The notes: generated by a model not told the origin, from the sequence alone. A stretch of DNA of 64,000 bases from an uncultured Candidatus Saccharibacteria bacterium (GCA_964423445.1 CAYREQ010000001.1:1732-65731), one strand, 5' to 3'; positions 30,571 to 40,780 are shown, numbered from the stretch's first letter. Numbers and translations: made by a program.

Positions 30571-32550
30571 ATGGAAATCCCAGAAGTACCCTTTAATAGA
30601 GAACTTACTTATCTTGGAATCACTACTTACCGAGATAAAAATCAGCTTTTTGGTATCAAGCGCAAAGATAGGCGTCAGCATGTATACCTACTCGGAAAGT
30701 CTGGTACAGGTAAATCTGTCTTGATGTTCAACATGATAATTCAAAACATCCAAAACGGGGATGGAGTTTGCCTTGTAGACCCGCACGGAGAAAACGTAGA
30801 AGCTGTCCTCTCTGCTATTCCTCCACATAGAATCAAAGATGTGATTTATTTCAACCCTGCTGATGCCGAGCACCATATTGGTTTCAATGTGCTCGAGCTA
30901 GTAGACCCACAGTATAAACATCTCGTGGCTTCAGGCCTCATGGGTATTTTCACAAAAATTTGGGCAAACGCATGGAGTGCTCGAATGGAATATATTTTGA
31001 ATAATACTATCTTGGCATTATTAGATACTCCAGGCTCTACAATGCTCGGTATTCCTCGTATGCTCGTAGACAAAGATTATCGTCAAAAAATAATCGCGAA
31101 TTTGAAAGATCCTGTCATCAAAGCTTTTTGGGTGCACGAATATGAAGCATGGCAAGATAAATTCCGAAATGAAGCTATCGCTCCGATTCAAAATAAAGTC
31201 GGACAATTTTTATCTACTTCTATAATCCGAAACGTAGTAGGTCAGCAAAAAAGTACGATAAATATTTTTGACATGATGAACGAAGGAAAGATTTTTCTTG
31301 TAAACGTATCAAAGGGAAGAATCGGTGAAGACAACTCAGCCCTACTTGGAGGTATGATAATTACAAAAATTCAGCTGGCAGCCATGGAGCGTGTGCGTAT
31401 ACCCGAAGATGAGAGAAAGGACTTTTATTTATATGTGGACGAATTCCAAAACTTCGTGACAGATGCTTTTGCTAGTATTTTGTCTGAGGCTAGAAAATAT
31501 CGGTTAAACCTGACAGTGGCACACCAGTACACAGCCCAGCTAGTGTCTGATAAGAGTACGGCTGTGCGCGACGCAGTCTTTGGAAACGTAGGTACTATGA
31601 TAGTGTTTAGAGTCGGCTCTGATGATGCTGAATTCTTGGAAAAAGAATTTGAACCAGAATTTACTCCGAGTGATATTGTAAATCTTCCAAACTACAAAAT
31701 ATATTTAAAATTGATGATAGATGGTATCACATCTCGTCCTTTTTCAGCAAAAACATTGCCACCTATGGTAAAGTCTGGAAATAAAGAAATAGAAGATGCT
31801 GTTATAAATTCTTCTCGTGAGCTTTACTGTAGGTCCAAAGAAGACGTGGAGAGGGAAATAAATGAATGGAGTGGTATGTCTTTAGGTAGTGATACAGATG
31901 GACTAGGTATGGCTACAGGCATAGCAGGGAAATTTCCAGTGATATGCTCTATTTGTAAACAAGAGAGGACTGTTCCTTTCAAACCTGAGCCAGGCAGACC
32001 TGTGTATTGTAAAGATTGTATAGCTAAAATAAAATCTGGCGAGCTGAAACCAATCAAGGGCTCTATAAAACAAATCAACCAAGACCAAGATAAATTTTTC
32101 AAACCTTTGGCCGATCTCGGCATAGAGTTTACTGTAAAAGCCCCAACAGGTACAAAAGAAACTAGGGCAAATGAAGACAGATACCCAGAGAGACAAGACA
32201 ATCACACAGAAAATAAAATAATTCCTAAAAAGAAACCAGCACCTAATCTAGGATTAAAAGAAGCATTGAAAAAAGTTTTTTCTATACCAAAAGCTCCTGC
32301 GCCTACTCCCGCTCCAGTAGTACAAAGACCAGAGCCAGAGCCTGTATCATTGGATGTTTTAAAAAATAAAATAAAAGACATAGTTCCACAAAAAGACAAA
32401 TCTGCAAGTACAGAAGATAAAGATAAATTAAAAAATTTAATAGCCGGAGTCACACCATCAGCTGAAAAACAGGGAACTGAGCCACCACTAACAGCTGGAA
32501 ACATAAAAGAAGTACCCGAAGACGTACTGAGAAAAATTCTAGAGGAATAA
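30571..32550 (+). CDS. P-loop ATPase of the FtsK/HerA/VirB4/VirD4 (type-IV coupling-protein-like) superfamily, with a C-terminal zinc ribbon and Pro-rich tail
   Basis: Walker A LLGKSGTGKS, then CLVDPHGE; Walker B YLYVDEFQNF; TVAHQY..QL; C-terminal CSICK...CKDC; no TM helices. Confidence 0.6.
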   Translation: MEIPEVPFNRELTYLGITTYRDKNQLFGIKRKDRRQHVYLLGKSGTGKSVLMFNMIIQNIQNGDGVCLVDPHGENVEAVLSAIPPHRIKDVIYFNPADAEHHIGFNVLELVDPQYKHLVASGLMGIFTKIWANAWSARMEYILNNTILALLDTPGSTMLGIPRMLVDKDYRQKIIANLKDPVIKAFWVHEYEAWQDKFRNEAIAPIQNKVGQFLSTSIIRNVVGQQKSTINIFDMMNEGKIFLVNVSKGRIGEDNSALLGGMIITKIQLAAMERVRIPEDERKDFYLYVDEFQNFVTDAFASILSEARKYRLNLTVAHQYTAQLVSDKSTAVRDAVFGNVGTMIVFRVGSDDAEFLEKEFEPEFTPSDIVNLPNYKIYLKLMIDGITSRPFSAKTLPPMVKSGNKEIEDAVINSSRELYCRSKEDVEREINEWSGMSLGSDTDGLGMATGIAGKFPVICSICKQERTVPFKPEPGRPVYCKDCIAKIKSGELKPIKGSIKQINQDQDKFFKPLADLGIEFTVKAPTGTKETRANEDRYPERQDNHTENKIIPKKKPAPNLGLKEALKKVFSIPKAPAPTPAPVVQRPEPEPVSLDVLKNKIKDIVPQKDKSASTEDKDKLKNLIAGVTPSAEKQGTEPPLTAGNIKEVPEDVLRKILEE

Positions 32551-32554
32551 AATT

Positions 32555-34012
32555 ATGCCAAAACCAAATCGAGTACAAATAATCAAATATGGTCCACCGC
32601 CACCAGAGCTTCCAGTCTTTGGTAAAGTAAAACCCGAAGAGGTTTCTTTTATTGGGCGTACAAATTATGTGGCTTCTCTCGAGGAGAAAAAATTCGTTTT
32701 TGGTATAAAGCGCATAGATAGGAGAAGACACCTATATATCATAGGAAAGTCTGGAGTAGGAAAGACAAAATTGATGGAGCTTTTTTTACGCCAAGATATT
32801 TCTTATAATCATGGACTTTGCCTGATTGACCCACACGGAGATGTGATAGATGCGATGCTCGATTATATTCCAAGAGAGCGTATAGAAGATGTGTGCATGA
32901 TAGACCCGACAGATGTAGACTTTCCAGCATCTTTCAATCCGCTTGCAAACGTAGATCCGCTTTTTAAATTTCAGCTCACCCAAGGCCTAATCGAGGTATT
33001 TCAAAAGCAATTCGGTGCAAATTGGACACCTAGACTAGAGCACGTATTTCGTTTTACTTGTCTGGCGCTCTTGGATTACCCACATGCGACAATGCGCGGA
33101 ATGATTTCAATGCTGACTGACAGAAATTACAGACAAAAAGTAGTGGAATATATTACTGATGACATGGTAAAGAGATTCTTTGCTATAGAATTCGCTGATT
33201 GGTCTGAAAAATTTGATACAGATGCTATTATCCCACTCGTAAACAAGCTCGGGCAATTCCTCTCTGACCCACTACTCCGAAATATATTTGGACAAAAGCA
33301 AAACAAAATAGATATTTCAAAATTGATGAATGAAGGAAAAATCATTTTGATAAACCTTTCAAAGGGTCGCCTCGGAGAAGAGAATTCTAGTTTCCTAGGC
33401 TCTATGTTTTTGACAAAAATCAAACAAGCCGGAATGGAGCGGGCGAGTATACCCGAAAAAGATCGTGTAGATTTTTATCTTTATGTAGACGAGTTCCAAA
33501 ACGTCGTCACAAATACTTTTGAAAATATCTTATCCGAGGCGCGTAAATATGGACTAAACCTCACCATTGCTCACCAATATGTAGGACAGCTAATTCCAAA
33601 AGTTCAGCAAGCGGTCCTCGGAAATACTGGAGCACTCATATGCTTCCGTGTGGGTGGTGAAGATGCAGTAAAATTAAAACCAGAGTTTGCCCCAATATTC
33701 GATGTGAAAGATATGATAAATTTGGCTGTCGGAGAAATTTATATCAAGATGACAATAGATGGAGAATCTTACGACCCATTTTCTGCTGAGACTTTAAAAA
33801 TTCTTCCACCGACACATCCTTCATATAGAGAAGAAATAATAGCAGCATCTAGAAGAAAATATTCTATATCAAAGGATGATGCAGCAAAATTGATAGCCGA
33901 AGAAGAAGCTACTATCATCCGAAGTGCTGAAGAAAAGAAAATAATTGAAGGAAAAACAAAAGACAATGTGAATAGTTCTCAGTCTTCACAAGAAGCTGAA
34001 CCTATGATATAG
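32555..34012 (+). CDS. paralogous P-loop ATPase of the same FtsK/HerA/VirD4-like family (tandem duplicate, shorter)
   Basis: IIGKSGVGKT, CLIDPHGD, YLYVDEFQNV and TIAHQYVGQL are collinear with the upstream gene (roughly 40-45% identity by eye). Confidence 0.6.
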   Translation: MPKPNRVQIIKYGPPPPELPVFGKVKPEEVSFIGRTNYVASLEEKKFVFGIKRIDRRRHLYIIGKSGVGKTKLMELFLRQDISYNHGLCLIDPHGDVIDAMLDYIPRERIEDVCMIDPTDVDFPASFNPLANVDPLFKFQLTQGLIEVFQKQFGANWTPRLEHVFRFTCLALLDYPHATMRGMISMLTDRNYRQKVVEYITDDMVKRFFAIEFADWSEKFDTDAIIPLVNKLGQFLSDPLLRNIFGQKQNKIDISKLMNEGKIILINLSKGRLGEENSSFLGSMFLTKIKQAGMERASIPEKDRVDFYLYVDEFQNVVTNTFENILSEARKYGLNLTIAHQYVGQLIPKVQQAVLGNTGALICFRVGGEDAVKLKPEFAPIFDVKDMINLAVGEIYIKMTIDGESYDPFSAETLKILPPTHPSYREEIIAASRRKYSISKDDAAKLIAEEEATIIRSAEEKKIIEGKTKDNVNSSQSSQEAEPMI

Positions 34013-34028
34013 TTGTTAAAATAACGTT

Positions 34029-35120
34029 ATGAATAAAGACTATTATGAAATTTTAGGTGTTAATAAGAGTGCCTCCAAAGAAGAAATCAAGAAGGCTTTT
34101 TACAAGTTGGCGCACAAATACCACCCTGATAAAAAAGAGGGAAATGAGGCTAAATTTAAGCAGGTAAACGAAGCTTATCAGGTATTATCTGATGACAGTA
34201 AGCGTTCAAAGTATGACCAATTTGGAGCAGGGTATGAAAATATGGGAGGAAATCCTTATGGAGGTCAGCAAGGTGGCTTTGGCGGTTTTGATTTTTCTGG
34301 TTTCCAAAATGGTTTCGGGGGAGGCGGAGCTGAATTTGATTTTGGAAACTTAAATGATATCTTTAGTGATTTCTTTGGAGGTGGAAGACCACAACAGAGA
34401 CGAGGCCGTGATATATCTACTGAAATACAAATATCATTTGCTGATTCAATTTTTGGTACAAATAGAAAAATTTTAATCACAAAGACATCTAGCTGTCTCA
34501 CATGTAAAGGTTCTGGTGCAAAATCTGGTACAAAGATGGAGACATGCAAGACATGCAATGGTCAAGGAAAAATTCATGAAGCTAAGCGTTCATTTTTAGG
34601 TACTATCTCAAGTACAAAGCTTTGTGATAATTGTCATGGTGCTGGAGAAGTTCCAAAAGAAAAATGTGATACATGTAAAGGCCACGGTGTACTTCGCCGA
34701 GAAGAAGAAGTCTCAATAGCAATTCCAGCTGGTATCAGAAATGGAGAGATGATTCGCATGACAGGTATGGGTGAGGCAGTATCAAAAGGTACCACAGGAG
34801 ACTTGTATATAAAGATAAATGTAATACCACACGCTATATTTGCTCGTGAAGGTCATGACTTGGTAATGAGTTTGAATTTAAAACTTTCCGATGCATTGCT
34901 CGGTATGAAATATCCGATAGAGACATTGGATGGAAAAATAGAAGTGACTATACCAGAAGGTGTATCCATAAATGAAATTCTTCGCGTGCGAGGCAAGGGT
35001 GTACCTATGGGTAAAAACAAGAGAGGAGACTTGCTCATAAAGCTAAACATAAAAATGCCTACAAAAATTTCTCGCAAATCTCGAGAGTTAATAGAAGAAC
35101 TCAAAAAAGACGGCATATAA
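34029..35120 (+). CDS. dnaJ: molecular chaperone DnaJ
   Basis: J-domain with HPD (KYHPDKK); a G/F-rich region; four CxxCxGxG zinc-finger repeats. Confidence 0.9.
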   Translation: MNKDYYEILGVNKSASKEEIKKAFYKLAHKYHPDKKEGNEAKFKQVNEAYQVLSDDSKRSKYDQFGAGYENMGGNPYGGQQGGFGGFDFSGFQNGFGGGGAEFDFGNLNDIFSDFFGGGRPQQRRGRDISTEIQISFADSIFGTNRKILITKTSSCLTCKGSGAKSGTKMETCKTCNGQGKIHEAKRSFLGTISSTKLCDNCHGAGEVPKEKCDTCKGHGVLRREEEVSIAIPAGIRNGEMIRMTGMGEAVSKGTTGDLYIKINVIPHAIFAREGHDLVMSLNLKLSDALLGMKYPIETLDGKIEVTIPEGVSINEILRVRGKGVPMGKNKRGDLLIKLNIKMPTKISRKSRELIEELKKDGI

Positions 35121-35132
35121 ACCCACAGAAAA

Positions 35133-35720
35133 ATGCTACCAGAATACATAATTTTTTTCGCAATTTTCCTAAATTTAATAGGACAAGTTTTTTATATAAA
35201 AAGTATTTTAAAAGGTGAAGCCAGACCAAATTTAGTCACTTGGTTTATATGGATGCTGGCACCATTTATCGGTGTATTTTTTCAATTAAAAGCCGGAGCA
35301 GGCTTATCTATTTTACCTATATTTATGGCTGGTTTTGGACCTCTTATAATTATTATTGCAGCTCTTTTGAAAAGGAATAATTTTTGGAAGACAACTCCTT
35401 TTGATATTTATTGTGGCTTGTTAGCCATTATTACTTTGTTTTGTTATGTACTTACTCAAAACTTAGGATTATCAATAATCTTTGCGATACTTACTGATGT
35501 GCTCGCTTCTATTCCTACTATTGTAAAGTCATGGAAATTTCCCGAGACAGAATCTAGCTCTGCGTATATAGGTGCTGTCGTTTCAAATATCATTGGTTTA
35601 CTGATTATTAAAAATTGGTCTTTTTCTATATATTCTTTTGGAGTTTGGCTCGTAGTATTAAATCTTGGATTAACAATTATAATACATCGCAAAAAAATTA
35701 TACTTTGGTATACTAAATAA
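35133..35720 (+). CDS. hypothetical polytopic membrane protein
   Basis: 195 aa with roughly 6 predicted TM helices. Confidence 0.4.
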   Translation: MLPEYIIFFAIFLNLIGQVFYIKSILKGEARPNLVTWFIWMLAPFIGVFFQLKAGAGLSILPIFMAGFGPLIIIIAALLKRNNFWKTTPFDIYCGLLAIITLFCYVLTQNLGLSIIFAILTDVLASIPTIVKSWKFPETESSSAYIGAVVSNIIGLLIIKNWSFSIYSFGVWLVVLNLGLTIIIHRKKIILWYTK

Positions 35721-35721
35721 T

Positions 35722-36588
35722 ATGAACGAAGAAATACCAAACAATTTTTTAGGGATAGACGAAGTGGCACAAGGTGATGCCGATGTTTTTATATTACCTA
35801 TTCCACTCGAAGCCACAGTGAGCTATGGCAAAGGCACAGGCAGGGGTCCAGAGGCAATCATAAAAGCTTCACAGCAAGTAGAGCTATACGACCACGAGCT
35901 TGGCTATGAAGTGCAGGAAAAGGTAAAAATAAAGACTTTACCATTTGTAAAACTTCCAGAGGGATTAAACTCTAGCAATGCGGACACAGCTCAGCCTATA
36001 ATTACTAGTGCCGTCGCACCATTTACAGATAAATTTGTATTGAGCTTGGGTGGGGAGCACGCTATTACTCCGGCTCTCGTCAGTGAGTATAAAAAGAAAT
36101 ATCCAGATTTATCTATTTTGTATTTTGATGCACACACAGATATGCGAGAAGAGTGGGGTGATACAAAATGGTCTCATGCTTGTGCCGCACGACGTTGCCA
36201 AGATAACCATGGTATAAAAAATATCGTCTGGGTGGGGACACGAAATACTTCGCTAGGTGAACAGCAATATATAAATAAAGAGCAAGTAAACTATGGTAAT
36301 ACCTATGATCTAAAAAAGATTTTGAGCCAGCTCGGACCAAATGTATACATTTCTTTTGATGTAGATGTATTTGATGTCTCTACCATGCCGGCTACAGGAA
36401 CACCAGAACCAGGAGGAATTTCTTGGTATCAAGCTATGGAAATATTTGAAGCAGTCACTCGAGAAAAAAATGTAGTCGGTGCAGATATTGCTGAATGTGC
36501 CCCTATACCTACGCCTGGATTTCATGGTTATGATTTTCTAGTAGCCAAACTAGCTTTTAAACTAATCGGGTATAAATTTAGAAAATAA
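35722..36588 (+). CDS. arginase-family ureohydrolase (agmatinase-like)
   Basis: Mn-ligand motifs LSLGGEHAIT, FDAHTDMRE and SFDVDVFD. Confidence 0.75.
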   Translation: MNEEIPNNFLGIDEVAQGDADVFILPIPLEATVSYGKGTGRGPEAIIKASQQVELYDHELGYEVQEKVKIKTLPFVKLPEGLNSSNADTAQPIITSAVAPFTDKFVLSLGGEHAITPALVSEYKKKYPDLSILYFDAHTDMREEWGDTKWSHACAARRCQDNHGIKNIVWVGTRNTSLGEQQYINKEQVNYGNTYDLKKILSQLGPNVYISFDVDVFDVSTMPATGTPEPGGISWYQAMEIFEAVTREKNVVGADIAECAPIPTPGFHGYDFLVAKLAFKLIGYKFRK

Positions 36589-36681
36589 TACCAATTTGAC
36601 CGATATACTAAAAGTGTGTTAGAAAGTATATAGAAATGTAATTTCTAAAATCCAAATAATAAGTAAGGAGATAGAAAAACT

Positions 36682-37152
36682 ATGCAAAAACCAAGCATAG
36701 GTCGTGTCGATTTCGAAGTCGATCGGTCGAGGAAAATCGTGTTTCCACCTAGCGTTCGTGGAGATGTATTTAAGCCAGAAGACGAGCTTCTGCGTCCTGC
36801 GCAGTACACCTTGGACCATTTGGGTCTTTGGTATGCTGAAGGTCAACAAGGAAAATATCTAAATGGCTGGGAAGTTTTTGCTTCGGTTTCCCAAAAACCG
36901 ACAGAATCCTTTCTCAGCTGGAATGATGGTTTCCAGTTTACAAAATCACCGAGCCTTTTTATCGAGAGGTTCGGCCGCGAAAAGCAGTACGTGCTCTGGG
37001 GCAGTACTGTATTCAACAACGACAAAGGGTTTGTTCCTTTGGTTTACGCTCTTCAGAAAATAGATAAAGTTTTCTTTTTATGGGAAGACCTCAAGAGCGT
37101 CTTTTTCGGGAAAGATCGGCCCGCACTTCGTTTCACCACTCCTGGCACTTGA
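36682..37152 (+). CDS. hypothetical protein, compositionally GC-rich relative to its neighbours
   Basis: AAGGAG ribosome-binding site 8 nt upstream; 156-aa ORF with a terminator at 37188; no recognisable motif. Confidence 0.45.
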   Translation: MQKPSIGRVDFEVDRSRKIVFPPSVRGDVFKPEDELLRPAQYTLDHLGLWYAEGQQGKYLNGWEVFASVSQKPTESFLSWNDGFQFTKSPSLFIERFGREKQYVLWGSTVFNNDKGFVPLVYALQKIDKVFFLWEDLKSVFFGKDRPALRFTTPGT

Positions 37153-37187
37153 TGTATAAATGTTTTTGGAAAGTATCACATAACTTT

Positions 37188-37216
37188 CCCCTCGGAAATA
37201 TTCCGAGGTTTTTTAT
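37188..37216 (+). terminator. cctcggaa-ata-ttccgagg plus a T-run
   Basis: Seen in the sequence; lies between the convergent 36682 ORF and cysS. Confidence 0.6.
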
Positions 37217-38590
37217 TTATATTTTGTAAACCCTCTGTCCGTCGCTAGTATCTTTTACTTCAAAACCGAGATTGTTTATTTCTTTTCTTAATTCGTCAGA
37301 TTTTGTATAGTCTGTATTTTTTCTAGCTGCCTCTCTTTCTTTTACAAGTTCTAAAATATTTTCTGGTATTGTTTCTTCTTTCAAATTTTCAAACCCAAGG
37401 CCGAGTACTTTATCAAAATCAAGCACAGTAGCTTTTTTATCAGCATTAGATATTTTCTCATCTTTCAACAAATCCCAAAGCACTGTGAGGGCTCGTGGTG
37501 TATCTAAGTCATCGTCTATAAAATTTTTGAATTTCTGCTGATATTCTTTGTTTATTTCCCCAGATTCCTCTCCCAGCATTAAATACATATTATAAAGGCG
37601 TTTTAGGGCAGTCTCAGCACCTTCTAGGGCATCCCAGTTGAAGTTTACCTTGGTTCGATAGCTTGCCATTAAAAGTAAAAAACGATAGGTGAGGGGATTT
37701 ATATTTTTTTCTATTAGACTTCCCAGTTTTAAAAAGTTCCCAGCTGATTTTGCCATTTTTGCACCAGCTACATCTACATGCTCACTATGTATCCAGAATT
37801 TTACAAAAGGTTTTTTGCCTGTAGCAGATTCTGATTGAGCAATTTCATTTGTATGGTGTGTGGGAATAAGATCAATTCCTCCAGTATGAATATCAAATTG
37901 TTCAGCCAAAAACTTCATACCAATAGCCGAACATTCTATATGCCATCCAGGAAAACCTTTACCCCATTTTGAGTCGTAGCCAATTTTTGAATTGAATTTC
38001 CAAAGTGCAAAATCTTCAGGATTTTTTTTCTCTGGGTTTTCAGCAATTCGTGCATGATCTTCATCGCGGGCTATTTTACCCCCAGTCAGTATCCCGTAAT
38101 CAGCCATTTTCGCTGTATCAAAATAAAGTCCATCGCTGGTTTTGTATGCGTATCCTTTTTCTTCCAATTTCTCTACGAGCTCTGCATCTTCTGTTACATA
38201 GTCACTCGCAAAATAAATATTCTTTGGAACTTCAATATTTAGCCTAGTTAAATCATCCTTGAATTTTTCTGTGTAAAATTCTGCGAGCTCACGCATATTT
38301 TTAAGTGTAAGCTCTTTTCCTTCACGCACTAGTGCAGCAGTCATTTTGTCTTCACCAGTATCTGCATCACTAGACATAATACCTATGTCTGTAATATTCA
38401 TTACTCTTTTTACTCGGTATCCAGAATATTCTAAAGTTTTTTGTAATACATCAGCAAATACATATGCACGCAGGTTTCCTATGTGGGCATAGTTGTTTAC
38501 CGTAGGTCCGCAACTATAAAAAGTCACCTCATCTTTATTGATAGGTATAAATTCTTCTTTTTTTCTACCGAGAGTGTTGTAAAGTTTCAT
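37217..38590 (-). CDS. cysS: cysteine--tRNA ligase
   Basis: HIGH-type motif CGPTVNNYAHIGNLRAY and KMSKS-type KMAKSAGN; a Zn-binding Cys is present. Confidence 0.9.
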   Translation of the reverse strand: MKLYNTLGRKKEEFIPINKDEVTFYSCGPTVNNYAHIGNLRAYVFADVLQKTLEYSGYRVKRVMNITDIGIMSSDADTGEDKMTAALVREGKELTLKNMRELAEFYTEKFKDDLTRLNIEVPKNIYFASDYVTEDAELVEKLEEKGYAYKTSDGLYFDTAKMADYGILTGGKIARDEDHARIAENPEKKNPEDFALWKFNSKIGYDSKWGKGFPGWHIECSAIGMKFLAEQFDIHTGGIDLIPTHHTNEIAQSESATGKKPFVKFWIHSEHVDVAGAKMAKSAGNFLKLGSLIEKNINPLTYRFLLLMASYRTKVNFNWDALEGAETALKRLYNMYLMLGEESGEINKEYQQKFKNFIDDDLDTPRALTVLWDLLKDEKISNADKKATVLDFDKVLGLGFENLKEETIPENILELVKEREAARKNTDYTKSDELRKEINNLGFEVKDTSDGQRVYKI

Positions 38591-38603
38591 TTCTAAAAAG
38601 TAC

Positions 38604-39629
38604 TTATGAGACTATGTTTTGATTAAATTCATTTCTGTATATTGAAATGAGGGAGTAGAGCAGACTGATTACCAGTGGCCCTACTAGTACACCTACAGGA
38701 CCCAAGAAAGAAATACCACCCAATACAGAAAACAAAATCAAGATAGATGGGATGTTCATTTTTCTTCCGACTACGAGTGGTCCGAGCAGATTGTCTATGA
38801 GCCCTACGATGACCACAGACCAAACCAAAAGGCCGACAGCTCCTGTCGTGTTTCCAGTAGCGAAAAGAAAAATGATAGCAGGTATAGATACGAGTGAAGT
38901 ACCAAATGTCGGAATAAAAGACATCACAGCAGCGACTACTCCCCAGAGTGCTCCATTTGGAACATTGAAAATCCAAAAACCAAAACCAAGCAATATACCT
39001 TGTGCGAGAGCTATAAGTAGTGAACCTTTGACTACTCCATTTACTGCCAAAGTTAGTCTAGAGATTATTCTCTCGTCATCTTCTTTTACGAGTGGACTAA
39101 GCGAGATGATAGATTCTCGCCATCTTGCTCCATCTTTTAGTAAATAAAAAATAATTAAGAGCATTAATATAAATGAAAAGAATGCAGAAATTGTGCTACT
39201 AAAAATAGTAGTGATATGGCTAGATAAATACGATACAAACTCTGTAGCTTTTTGGTTTATGTCAAAAACTACACCGTCTGGCAAGACATTGTTTACTTTG
39301 TAGTTTATTTTTTCCAAAATTGGGGAAGTATTCAAATCACTACTCAAGACTTTTTGGTAAACACTCTGGCTTTGTTTGAAAACCAAAGCACCGATACCAA
39401 GTAAGGGGCCACACACTAAAATAGTAAATAGAACTACTGTGATTAATGCAGATAAAGTCTCAGGAATTCCTTTTTTTGAGAGCCATTCATATATAGGATA
39501 TAGAACTATTGAAAAGGATATTCCGAGTACGATTATTATCCAAAAAGGTTGGAAAATTAGGAAAGTAAAAATAAACGTTCCGAGCAATAGCCCAAAGAAG
39601 AAGAACCTTTCTATTATTTTTGTTTGCAT
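38604..39629 (-). CDS. AI-2E family (PerM/UPF0118) transporter
   Basis: 8-TM architecture with AI-2E-like conserved blocks. The track ORF runs to 39809 and would overlap rplU, so the ATG at 39629 (MQTKIIERFFFF) is preferred. Confidence 0.55.
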   Translation of the reverse strand: MQTKIIERFFFFGLLLGTFIFTFLIFQPFWIIIVLGISFSIVLYPIYEWLSKKGIPETLSALITVVLFTILVCGPLLGIGALVFKQSQSVYQKVLSSDLNTSPILEKINYKVNNVLPDGVVFDINQKATEFVSYLSSHITTIFSSTISAFFSFILMLLIIFYLLKDGARWRESIISLSPLVKEDDERIISRLTLAVNGVVKGSLLIALAQGILLGFGFWIFNVPNGALWGVVAAVMSFIPTFGTSLVSIPAIIFLFATGNTTGAVGLLVWSVVIVGLIDNLLGPLVVGRKMNIPSILILFSVLGGISFLGPVGVLVGPLVISLLYSLISIYRNEFNQNIVS

Positions 39630-39663
39630 AGCATCATTGTAGCAAAAACCCTGCCTGAGACCA

Positions 39664-39710
39664 AGCCCAAATGGCCTCGGGGTTGCTTTTTTACGAAATA
39701 TCCTATAATA
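39664..39710 (+). promoter_or_regulatory. putative sigma-70 promoter for rplU (TATAAT at 39702-39707 preceded by TTGCTT)
   Basis: Sequence motif only; the -10 element lies 14 nt before the rplU ATG, so the 5'UTR would be very short. Confidence 0.3.
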
Positions 39711-39720
39711 TATAGACCAT

Positions 39721-40056
39721 ATGAAAACAGAGGAATTTGCAGTAATAAAGACAGGCGGAAAGCAATACAAGGTCTCAAAAGGGGCCGTTATTTCTATTGA
39801 AAAGATCAAAAATGCTAAGGCTGATTACAAGAAAGGGGACAAGCTTACTTTTGATAAAGTATTGCTTGTAGATAGTGGCAAAGACGTGACTATCGGTACA
39901 CCTTATATAGATGGAGCAAAAGTAGAGGCTGAAATCTTAGAGGTTGGCCGTGCTCGAAAAATTCTTGTTGTAAAATATAAACAAAAATCTCGATACCTAC
40001 GAAGGAACGGGCACAGACAGCCTTTCTTTAAGATTAAAGTTACTTCTATAAACTAA
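39721..40056 (+). CDS. rplU: 50S ribosomal protein L21
   Basis: MKTEEFAVIKTGGKQYKVSKGAVISIEKI... Confidence 0.9.
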   Translation: MKTEEFAVIKTGGKQYKVSKGAVISIEKIKNAKADYKKGDKLTFDKVLLVDSGKDVTIGTPYIDGAKVEAEILEVGRARKILVVKYKQKSRYLRRNGHRQPFFKIKVTSIN

Positions 40057-40057
40057 T

Positions 40058-40087
40058 AAAAAAACCACTCGAGAGAGTGGTTTTTTT
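40058..40087. terminator. bidirectional terminator aaaaaaccactc-gaga-gagtggttttttt between rplU and recR
   Basis: Hairpin with A-runs and T-runs on opposite sides. Confidence 0.65.
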
Positions 40088-40700
40088 ATTGCCTATTTTT
40101 TAGGGCATTTTTTAGAGTGTCGTTGTCAGAGTATTCTAGCTCGGTGCCGGTGGAAAGACCTTTGCCTAATGATGATATTTTTATGTTTTGTTTTTCTGCA
40201 ATATCTTTTATTTGTTCGCGGACATATTGGTCAGTATAGTCACCTTGAGGGGACAATGAAAAAGCTATGATTATTTCTTGTAACCCACCAGAGGCAGACG
40301 AGATTTTCTTTTTTAATTCTTCAATACGTACTCGGCTTTTGGTATTTTTTTCTACTATCGGCACCAATCCACCCAAGATAAAATATTTTCCATTATAAAC
40401 TCCACTTTTTTCTACGCTCTCTAGGTCCGAATCTTTTTCTACTATCATGAGAGTACTCGCATCTATGTTTGGATTACTACAAATCTCACAGATAGTACTT
40501 TTTGTTTTTGTATTTAAAAAGAATTTATAACATTCCTTACATTGAGATACTTCTCTTTTCAGCTCCAAGACGAGCTTGCTCAAGCTTTCTGCATAGTTTG
40601 GATTTTTAAACATCAGGAAATAAACAAAACGCCTTGCTTGACGCTCCCCAATACCTGGAAAATCTTTAAATACTTCAGTTAATTTGTCTATTATGTCCAT
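40086..40700 (-). CDS. recR: recombination protein RecR
   Basis: C4 zinc finger CKECYKF...CEIC and a Toprim domain; 204 aa. Confidence 0.9.
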   Translation of the reverse strand: MDIIDKLTEVFKDFPGIGERQARRFVYFLMFKNPNYAESLSKLVLELKREVSQCKECYKFFLNTKTKSTICEICSNPNIDASTLMIVEKDSDLESVEKSGVYNGKYFILGGLVPIVEKNTKSRVRIEELKKKISSASGGLQEIIIAFSLSPQGDYTDQYVREQIKDIAEKQNIKISSLGKGLSTGTELEYSDNDTLKNALKNRQ

Positions 40701-40706
40701 AACTTT

Positions 40707-40776
40707 ATAAGTATAGCAAAAATTCGCCGCTTTACCCTAAAGGGCTCCGACACGGACTCATTTTTGCTATACTTAT
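40707..40776 (+). repeat. copy B of the GC-rich core element: 36-nt core inside a perfect 17-bp inverted repeat, between the recR start and the dnaB stop
   Basis: ataagtatagcaaaaat [tcgccgctttaccctaaagggctccgacacggactc] atttttgctatacttat. Confidence 0.85.
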
Positions 40777-40780
40777 CTTA

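Noticed and set aside
38604-39809. Full-length 401-aa track ORF for the AI-2E transporter
   Set aside because: Its first 60 codons would overlap rplU and its promoter on the opposite strand. The internal ATG at 39629 gives a typical AI-2E length, so the shorter model is used.
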